A stretch of 64,000 bases of DNA from a virus (Duplodnaviria; Caudoviricetes). The stretch spans positions 747-64,746 of the IMG/VR virus record IMGVR_UViG_3300037400_003033. One strand, given 5' to 3'. Both the position numbers and the translations under genes were made by a program. This document shows, piece by piece, positions 1-5,157 of the stretch; position 1 is the first letter of the stretch; each line of letters starts with the position of its first letter. The notes under the pieces are model-generated. The model was given only the letters and a program-made list of their open reading frames with translations, was not told the origin of the DNA and made no database searches.

Positions 1-82
1 TTATCTCACGTTCCTAGAAAGAATAAAGGAGATTCTTATGAAGTATACAGTATTCTAACTTAAAATTAGTTAGGAGAAAAAT

Positions 83-850
83 ATGAGTAGAAGCTTTAAG
101 AAAAAACCTTATCATTCTATTTGCAAATCTAGAGGCGATAAATGGTGTCGCCAACAGTATCATAAAGAACGCAGACAGAAAGATAGGAGATTGTGTAAAG
201 AAATGGAAGGTCGTATTGATAAAGAACTTCTTTACAATGATCGTTGCTTTCTTTGCACAAAAGATGGTGTTCAGCCTGAAGAAAAGTTTATCAACGAAAA
301 CATTGATTATTCTTTGAGATTCGCTGATAAATGGGGTTGGTCATCAGATGGAGGAAATTACTATTGGGGCGGCAAAGATGAATACCGCAGAGATTTTGAA
401 AGACAAATCTTTGGCTTAGATTATAAGTATGGTATTAAGCGTCAGTCCCTTTGGGAAAAATACAAGGATTACGTTGATTTGGTTTATAATGAAGATAAGC
501 CACTTTATACAGTAGTTCTTAAAAGAGTAGTTATAGAAAAAGTAAATTGGGGTTTTTACATGCCTTGGAGTTCTGAATTTGCAGGTAAACGCAAAGAAGA
601 AAAGAAGTATATAACTACTGAGATTTATCCTCCAAAATATAAGCCTGAAGAAGGTTGGGAGATAATTCATTGGTGGAAACGAAAAAATTATCTTCTTAGT
701 CTTTCTAATTGGGATTTGTTTGGGTTTTTGTTTAGAAGTAGAATTATTCCGCTTAATTTCAAAAACGAAAAACAATTGGTTGATTGGTTCAGAGAAAACG
801 AAGAAACAATCATTGAAAAATGGATGAGAGCTTTCTTGTTGAGAAAGTAA
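83..850 (+). CDS. Hypothetical phage protein (255 aa, basic N-terminus)
   Basis: ORF with AGGAG RBS; no recognised motif. Confidence 0.8.
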   Translation: MSRSFKKKPYHSICKSRGDKWCRQQYHKERRQKDRRLCKEMEGRIDKELLYNDRCFLCTKDGVQPEEKFINENIDYSLRFADKWGWSSDGGNYYWGGKDEYRRDFERQIFGLDYKYGIKRQSLWEKYKDYVDLVYNEDKPLYTVVLKRVVIEKVNWGFYMPWSSEFAGKRKEEKKYITTEIYPPKYKPEEGWEIIHWWKRKNYLLSLSNWDLFGFLFRSRIIPLNFKNEKQLVDWFRENEETIIEKWMRAFLLRK

Positions 851-852
851 TC

Positions 853-881
853 TTGACAAAAAATAATTTGTGTTTTATAAT
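853..881 (+). promoter_or_regulatory. Sigma70-type promoter for leader 1 / tRNA cluster 1
   Basis: TTGACA (853-858), 17 nt, TATAAT (876-881). Confidence 0.9.
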
Positions 882-913
882 ATAGTCACAAGTTAAATTA
901 AAAGGAAAACAAA

Positions 914-1012
914 ATGAAAAATTCTTGGAATAATTACAGTGCAGATTCTCTCATTATTGCGACACTTAATAGTGGCGTATCGTATGAACCTGCCTATGAT
1001 CCAAGAACGTGA
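914..1012 (+). CDS. Leader peptide 1 (32 aa, MKNSWNNYSADSLIIATLNSGVSYEPAYDPRT)
   Basis: AAGGA RBS, ATG 914, TGA 1010-1012; between promoter and terminator ahead of tRNA cluster; not in ORF track. Confidence 0.8.
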   Translation: MKNSWNNYSADSLIIATLNSGVSYEPAYDPRT

Positions 1013-1066
1013 CGGAAGCTGAGTTTATTATATAAAGGCTTCTGACGCAAATCAGAAGCCTTTTTT
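1013..1066 (+). terminator. Attenuator 1: intrinsic terminator with overlapping antiterminator
   Basis: AAAGGCTTCTGA-cgcaaa-TCAGAAGCCTTT plus T run (1034-1066); CGGAAGCT (1013-1020) can pair with GGCTTCTG (1037-1044). Confidence 0.8.
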
Positions 1067-1071
1067 ATTTT

Positions 1072-1154
1072 CGGTTCGTGGTGAAATTGGCAGCACACGC
1101 TAGACTTAGGATCTAGTGCCGCGAGGCGTGAGAGTTCGAGTCTCTCCGAGCCGA
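1072..1154 (+). tRNA. tRNA-Leu(TAG)
   Basis: Cloverleaf, CTAGA-CTTAGGA-TCTAG anticodon arm, long variable arm, GTTCGAGTC T-loop. Confidence 0.95.
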
Positions 1155-1163
1155 CTAACATTT

Positions 1164-1236
1164 GGGATATTGGTAAAATGGTGCATACGCCTGACTGTCA
1201 CTCAGGAGAGCGCGGGTTCAATTCTCGCATATCCCG
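1164..1236 (+). tRNA. tRNA-Asp(GTC)
   Basis: GGGATAT/ATATCCC acceptor; CCTGA-CTGTCAC-TCAGG. Confidence 0.95.
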
Positions 1237-1244
1237 CTACTTAT

Positions 1245-1329
1245 TGGTAGGTGTGCCGAATGGCTGAAGGCAGCGGACTGTAAATCCGTGACATCAGAAA
1301 CGTTGGGGGTTCGAGTCCCTCCCTGCCAA
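1245..1329 (+). tRNA. tRNA-Tyr(GTA)
   Basis: TGGTAGG/CCTGCCA acceptor; GCGGA-CTGTAAA-TCCGT; long variable arm. Confidence 0.95.
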
Positions 1330-1338
1330 CTAAAATTT

Positions 1339-1409
1339 GGGTTAGTAGTAAAATGGTTATACAGCGGACTGTTAATCCGTAGACGCAGGTTCAATTCCTG
1401 CCTAGCCCG
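1339..1409 (+). tRNA. tRNA-Asn(GTT)
   Basis: GGGTTAG/CTAGCCC; GCGGA-CTGTTAA-TCCGT. Confidence 0.95.
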
Positions 1410-1415
1410 CTTTAT

Positions 1416-1488
1416 CTGTGTGTGGGAGAGCGGTTAATCCACTTGTTTTGGGAACAAGGCTTCGTAGGTTCGAGTCCTACCATACAGA
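1416..1488 (+). tRNA. tRNA-Pro(TGG)
   Basis: CTGTGTG/CATACAG; CTTGT-TTTGGGA-ACAAG. Confidence 0.92.
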
Positions 1489-1593
1489 CTACCCCCGAGT
1501 TGGGCGGGATTAGGTATACAATACCCAACGACAATTACTCTTTGCAAAGAGAGTGCGGTCTTTCACATTCTACCTAATGAATGTGAGCATTTT

Positions 1594-1681
1594 GGAGTAT
1601 TGAGTTAGCGGCTATACGGGCGGTCTTGAAAACCGTTGACATGCGATGAGCGTGGCGCAAGTTCGAGTCTTGCATACTCCG
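1594..1681 (+). tRNA. tRNA-Ser(TGA)
   Basis: GGAGTAT/ATACTCC; GCGGT-CTTGAAA-ACCGT; long variable arm. Confidence 0.95.
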
Positions 1682-1813
1682 CTAAGATTAAAGCGCCTTT
1701 GATGGGATTCTCTAATTAGCCCATCAATTAAAACTAAATGGCAACGCGCTAGTTAGATGTATAAGTTGAGCATTTGGTAAGCAAAGGTTCTGCAAGGTCG
1801 CCTTTGGTTTTTT

Positions 1814-1887
1814 GGGACGGTAGTTCAATTGGCTAGAATACGTGATTTGTAATCATGAGGTTGGGGGTTCGATTCCCTCGCCTTCCG
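1814..1887 (+). tRNA. Atypical tRNA: TGT (Thr) anticodon on a tRNA-Ala-like body, imperfect acceptor stem
   Basis: 5' part identical to the tRNA at 1984 except anticodon TGT vs TGC; acceptor GGGACGG/GCCTTCC with G3-U70 and two mismatches. Confidence 0.65.
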
Positions 1888-1983
1888 AAAAAATGACTCC
1901 CCGTTTCTTGCGCAGAAACTTGAATGAGTAAAAATCGAAAGGTTTAACCGAACTTTATTCTAGGTAAAGATGTAGGTAATTTT

Positions 1984-2057
1984 GGGACGGTAGTTCAATT
2001 GGCTAGAATACGTGATTTGCAATCATGAGGTTGGGAGTTCGATGCTCCCCCGCTCCA
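1984..2057 (+). tRNA. tRNA-Ala(TGC)
   Basis: CGTGA-TTTGCAA-TCATG; G3-U70 pair; A73. Confidence 0.9.
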
Positions 2058-2063
2058 CTAAAT

Positions 2064-2219
2064 CCAAGCGTAACAGTTTGGGGCGTTTGGTTAATGAAGT
2101 ATGTTAGATCTTTTCGGGCAAACTGAACCGATACGTTTACACTCGGCAGTAATAACATCGAGGAGTGCAAACGGAACAAAACTAACTAGTCGTATGACGT
2201 CTGCGACGATAAACCCGAA
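2064..2219 (+). ncRNA. Putative structured ncRNA, unknown class
   Basis: Helices CCAAGCG/CGTTTGG, TTCGGG/CCCGAA enclosing CGTTTACACTC/GAGTGCAAACG. Confidence 0.45.
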
Positions 2220-2231
2220 CACCTTTTTTAT

Positions 2232-2302
2232 GGGCCGTAGATGGCGAGGTGCCATGTCTCTTTTGCAAGGAGAATTAGCGGGTTCGACTCCCAACGTGTC
2301 CA
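2232..2302 (+). tRNA. Atypical tRNA-Ala(TGC)-like element
   Basis: TCTCT-TTTGCAA-GGAGA; GTTCGACTC T-loop; bulged acceptor with G3-U70 and A73; D arm ATGGC/GCCAT. Confidence 0.55.
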
Positions 2303-2347
2303 CTAAACTAACATCTTAAAAAAGTTAATATTATTGAGGATTTTAAT

Positions 2348-2719
2348 ATGTTAGATAAAAAACAAGCAGAGAAAATAAGTCAATGGACAAACCATCAGCA
2401 AGTGCTGATGAAGTATGGACAATTTGCAAAATCTTCTTTAACAAAAGAAGAAGTTAAGACTCTTCGCCCTGAAAGAGACGAAAAGTTTATTAACAGTGTT
2501 ATCCTTACACCTTGTGTTATTTGTATGACACCTAATGAAACAGAAGACAGATTCTATCCAGAATTTTGGCTTCAAGTAAAAGGATGGTACGGACAAGACA
2601 AATCTTGGGTATGTTTTTCTCCTAATGGAAAGGAAGAGATAAAAACATTTTTGAAGATTGCTAAAAAACATCTTTCTTCTGCTACAATTAAAGAGGAAGT
2701 AAATTACTTCCCTTACTAA
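2348..2719 (+). CDS. Hypothetical protein with C-terminal YFPY tag (putative head-packaged)
   Basis: GAGGA RBS; ends IKEEVNYFPY; AAGTTAA motif upstream. Confidence 0.85.
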   Translation: MLDKKQAEKISQWTNHQQVLMKYGQFAKSSLTKEEVKTLRPERDEKFINSVILTPCVICMTPNETEDRFYPEFWLQVKGWYGQDKSWVCFSPNGKEEIKTFLKIAKKHLSSATIKEEVNYFPY

Positions 2720-2724
2720 TTTTT

Positions 2725-2808
2725 GGAAGTGTGGCTGAATTGGCAAAAGCACCAACCTGCTAAGTTGGGTACCTTCGGGTAATGCACGGTCGGAACGTGT
2801 CACTTCCG
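2725..2808 (+). tRNA. tRNA-Ser(GCT), non-canonical T-loop
   Basis: GGAAGTG/CACTTCC; CCAAC-CTGCTAA-GTTGG; T-loop GTCGGAA. Confidence 0.88.
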
Positions 2809-2812
2809 TATA

Positions 2813-2872
2813 GGCAAAAAGAGTTCCTATTTAAAGAGAAATTGGGTTATTTCACAGTAATACTCTTCGCCA
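2813..2872 (+). ncRNA. Small RNA motif copy A (GGCAAAA..GTTCCTAT..TCGCCA)
   Basis: Shares ends and a covarying helix with copy at 4782-4843. Confidence 0.5.
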
Positions 2873-2877
2873 ATTAT

Positions 2878-2950
2878 GCGTTATTAGTGTTAGCGGCTAG
2901 CACGGCTGCCCTCCAAGCAGCAAGCCTCAGTTCGAATCTGTGATAGCGCT
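2878..2950 (+). tRNA. tRNA-Gly(TCC)
   Basis: GCGTTAT/ATAGCGC; GCTGC-CCTCCAA-GCAGC; U73. Confidence 0.92.
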
Positions 2951-3056
2951 CTAAGTGGTACTCTTAGAAATAAGAGCATTGGGAAAGCTTCTAAGGTGCA
3001 GAGCCTTAGCGGAACGGTTAAGACAATATGTGGGGATTCATAGACCGTTCGTTGAT

Positions 3057-3130
3057 GGGAGTGTGGCTACAATGGTACAGCAGCGGTCTCCAAAACCGCC
3101 ATTCTGCACGTTCGAATCGTGCCGCTCTCG
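3057..3130 (+). tRNA. tRNA-Trp(CCA)
   Basis: GGGAGTG/CGCTCTC; GCGGT-CTCCAAA-ACCGC. Confidence 0.93.
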
Positions 3131-3134
3131 TAGA

Positions 3135-3163
3135 TTGACAAAATTTTACTTTCGTGGTAAAAT
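3135..3163 (+). promoter_or_regulatory. Sigma70-type promoter, extended -10
   Basis: TTGACA-17-TAAAAT with TG at -15/-14. Confidence 0.85.
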
Positions 3164-3206
3164 TAAGCCATAAGGAAAACAAGTATTCCTTTAACCAAAA
3201 ATACTT

Positions 3207-3460
3207 GCGGTTGTAAGACCTAAGAAACCCTTTGCTTGTTTGGGTGGTGAGAAACAGGTCGCGCCCTAGCGTAGCAGGCGTTATGTGTAATCGTAAACAC
3301 TTCGGAGGAATTGGTTGTCCCAACGTTAGTATAAGCGGCTGGTTACCGTAAAACCATTATTTTATAAAACAATTCAGCTTCTAGTGGCTAACGCACAAAT
3401 CTCTGTTAGCGTTCCTACTTTAACGATAGGTAGGCAAGACCTTCGGCAAATTACAATTCG
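3207..3460 (+). ncRNA. Putative large multibranch ncRNA, unknown class
   Basis: Closing TTGTAA/TTACAA helix and at least six internal hairpins; no ORF with RBS; directly after a promoter. Confidence 0.55.
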
Positions 3461-3481
3461 GTAAAGTTGCCAAACTTTTAT

Positions 3482-3569
3482 GGGTTAGTCAGTTAATATG
3501 GACTAAGCTCCGCCAATGAAAACCTACAATGGACGGGCGGGAATGTGGGTTCAAGCCCCATCTAATCCA
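3482..3569 (+). ncRNA. tRNA-like RNA with Ala-type acceptor and no canonical anticodon loop
   Basis: GGGTTAG/CTAATCC (G3-U70), A73, T arm GTGGG-TTCAAGC-CCCAT, CCGCC/GGCGG stem around a 21-nt loop. Confidence 0.65.
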
Positions 3570-3639
3570 TCTTATTACACTAAAAAATGTATAGTAGGAG
3601 GATACTATACTTGGCAGGTTAGAAATAATCTGCCATCAT

Positions 3640-3712
3640 GGTTCTTAGGACAAAAAGGTTGAGTCGCCACCCTTTCAAGGTGGAGGAGTGGGTTCGATCC
3701 CCGCAAGAACTA
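3640..3712 (+). tRNA. tRNA-Glu(TTC)
   Basis: GGTTCTT/AAGAACT; CCACC-CTTTCAA-GGTGG. Confidence 0.9.
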
Positions 3713-3936
3713 TCGGGAGAAAATCCAATAAGTCGCTCGGAGTAATCGACGAAAATTACGCGCGTTAAAGTAGTTGATGAATTATACGAGAGTGCTACCC
3801 TGATTAAAGGTAGTGGTGGAAGTTGTCGGCGGATAACGTTCATGCCACCTAAATAAAGGCTTACGCAAACCCTTAAGGGATAAGCCAGAAAATGATAAAG
3901 GTATACTGTAAGTTTCACCACACAGGACTTTCCCTT
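3713..3936 (+). ncRNA. Putative structured ncRNA, unknown class
   Basis: Hairpins GTCG/CGAC, CTACC/GGTAG, GGTGG/CCACC, GGCTTA/TAAGCC. Confidence 0.45.
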
Positions 3937-4012
3937 CGAGGTGTATCCCCTCACTCTGATAAGGTGTTGAAAGGGTAGTTGGTTCAGGCAGGTTCAACTC
4001 CTGCGACCTCGA
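3937..4012 (+). tRNA. Atypical tRNA-Ile(GAT)-like element lacking a D arm
   Basis: CGAGGTG/GACCTCG acceptor, CACT-CTGATAA-GGTG, T arm GCAGG-TTCAACT-CCTGC, CTA trailer. Confidence 0.55.
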
Positions 4013-4046
4013 CTAAACCCATTAAGCGATTGGGTAAACACATCGC

Positions 4047-4075
4047 TTGACAAATTTCATTCTTTATGATAAGAT
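4047..4075 (+). promoter_or_regulatory. Sigma70-type promoter
   Basis: TTGACA-17-TAAGAT with extended TG. Confidence 0.75.
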
Positions 4076-4098
4076 AATTACATAAAGAATTTATTCGT

Positions 4099-4175
4099 TT
4101 CGGGTTGGAGCACTGGTTGTGGCTCACCAGCCTCATAAGCTGGACATCGGGACTGTTCGATTCGGTCACCCGAGA
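4099..4175 (+). tRNA. tRNA-Met/Ile2 (CAT)
   Basis: TTCGGGT/ACCCGAG; CCAGC-CTCATAA-GCTGG; lacks the three G-C anticodon-stem pairs of initiators. Confidence 0.85.
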
Positions 4176-4227
4176 CCTTGCTAGATAACTTAGTAAAGAA
4201 GTATTGCGGGGATAGGCTCCCGACGAG

Positions 4228-4298
4228 AAGGAAATGGTGTAAGAGTAACACAGTAGCCTGGGGGGCTAACGTTTCGGATTTACGACCCGATTTCCGAG
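4228..4298 (+). tRNA. Degenerate tRNA-Pro(GGG)-like element
   Basis: D arm GTGT/ACAC, TAGC-CTGGGGG-GCTA, non-canonical T-loop TTTACGA, 5-bp acceptor. Confidence 0.45.
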
Positions 4299-4323
4299 GG
4301 CTAGTTGATTAAGTTATCGAACT

Positions 4324-4500
4324 TGCTACACGAAGAAAGTGTTGTCTGACTTTTATTGGACAATCGGTCACCGTCTTTTATCAGACCCTGATGGTAGCAT
4401 TTTACGACAACCTGAATAGGCGGTGAATTGTGGTTGTCATTGTCTAGAAATGGCGGTTGAAGACCTTAAAAGAGAAGTGGCTTTGCCACTTCTTATCGCC
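4324..4500 (+). ncRNA. Putative structured ncRNA, unknown class
   Basis: TGCTAC/GTAGCA, GACAAC/GTTGTC, AGAAGTGGC/GCCACTTCT helices. Confidence 0.4.
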
Positions 4501-4533
4501 CGCTTACAAGTTAATTTTATAGGAGAAAAGAAT

Positions 4534-4638
4534 ATGTTTACAACAGTATTTACCAAGACAGTTAAAACTACTCATAAACAGCACACAGTCTTTATGTGTA
4601 AACATATTGCTGAGTCTTCAGGAGAAAATATCAAGTGA
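4534..4638 (+). CDS. Leader peptide 2 (34 aa, MFTTVFTKTVKTTHKQHTVFMCKHIAESSGENIK)
   Basis: AGGAG RBS then ATG 4534 (track ORF 4423-4638 is over-extended); followed by terminator and tRNA cluster 2. Confidence 0.85.
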   Translation: MFTTVFTKTVKTTHKQHTVFMCKHIAESSGENIK

Positions 4639-4667
4639 CGATGTAGAAAAAACTTGTATTTTGTTTT

Positions 4668-4699
4668 GAAGGCTTAGTAGAAATACTAAGCCTTTTTTT
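4668..4699 (+). terminator. Attenuator 2 terminator (antiterminator partner at 4608-4619)
   Basis: AAGGCTTAGTA-gaaa-TACTAAGCCTT plus T run; TGCTGAGTCTTC pairs 12 bp with GAAGGCTTAGTA. Confidence 0.85.
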
Positions 4700-4706
4700 A
4701 TTTTAT

Positions 4707-4777
4707 CCGCAGGTTGCATAATGGTAGTGCTTTGGACTGAAGATCCAAAAGTTGGGGTTCGATTCCCTGTCTGCGGG
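4707..4777 (+). tRNA. tRNA-Phe(GAA)
   Basis: CCGCAGG/TCTGCGG; TTGGA-CTGAAGA-TCCAA. Confidence 0.9.
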
Positions 4778-4781
4778 CTAT

Positions 4782-4843
4782 GGCAAAAGGTGTTCCTATG
4801 CTGATGAAGCAATACACTGTTAATGTATCTATACACCTCGCCA
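4782..4843 (+). ncRNA. Small RNA motif copy B
   Basis: Related to 2813-2872; has ATACA-CTGTTAA-TGTAT hairpin with an anticodon-like loop. Confidence 0.5.
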
Positions 4844-4848
4844 AATTT

Positions 4849-4919
4849 GCTGAGTGGTAGGACGGCTCCTATTCCCCCTCATAAAGGGAAGAAACTTTGG
4901 TCGGCACAAAGATTCAGTA
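4849..4919 (+). tRNA. Atypical tRNA (CAT anticodon; Met or Ile2), non-canonical T-loop
   Basis: GCTGAGT/ATTCAGT; loop CTCATAA; T arm CTTTG-GTCGGCA-CAAAG. Confidence 0.6.
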
Positions 4920-4922
4920 TAC

Positions 4923-4996
4923 GGGCTCATAGCTCAATTGGATAGAGCAACGCCCTTTTAAGGCGTGGGTTCCCAGTTCAATCCTGGGTGGGCTCA
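4923..4996 (+). tRNA. tRNA-Lys(TTT)
   Basis: Canonical cloverleaf; ACGCC-CTTTTAA-GGCGT. Confidence 0.95.
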
Positions 4997-5003
4997 TTTG
5001 CAT

Positions 5004-5075
5004 TTCTCCGTGGTGTAATCGGTAGCACAAGGCACTCTGGATGCCTTGGTTTGGGTTCGAGTCCTAGCGGAGGAA
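5004..5075 (+). tRNA. tRNA-Gln(CTG)
   Basis: AGGCA-CTCTGGA-TGCCT. Confidence 0.93.
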
Positions 5076-5078
5076 TAT

Positions 5079-5151
5079 GTGAGTATGGTATAATGGATAG
5101 TGCCTTTGGCTACGAACCAAATGAACGGGAGTTCGATTCTCTCTACTCACG
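5079..5151 (+). tRNA. tRNA-Arg(ACG)
   Basis: GTGAGTA/TACTCAC; TTTGG-CTACGAA-CCAAA. Confidence 0.93.
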
Positions 5152-5157
5152 CAATTT

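Noticed and set aside
38-58. Apparent minigene MKYTVF with AAGGAG upstream
   Set aside because: Lies within the in-frame 3' end of an upstream ORF (1-63, LSHVPRKNKGDSYEVYSILT-stop); likely coincidence.
3300-3325. RNase P-like GGAGGAA..GTCC
   Set aside because: Spacing differs from GAGGAAAGUCC and no matching 3' P4 strand (AACAGAA..GGCUUA) found.
3714-4012. tmRNA: GAC GAA AAT TAC GCG CGT TAA reads DENYAR (like ANDENYALAA) and the region ends in a T arm plus acceptor strand
   Set aside because: Tag would be only about 35 nt from the 5' end with no pseudoknot 1, the 5' CGGGAGA pairs only 4 bp, and a better local acceptor partner exists at 3937. ARAGORN tmRNA mode or Rfam RF00023 would settle it.
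4801-4807. Hammerhead core CTGATGA
   Set aside because: No GAAA partner or stem arrangement; sequence forms the loop of a short hairpin.
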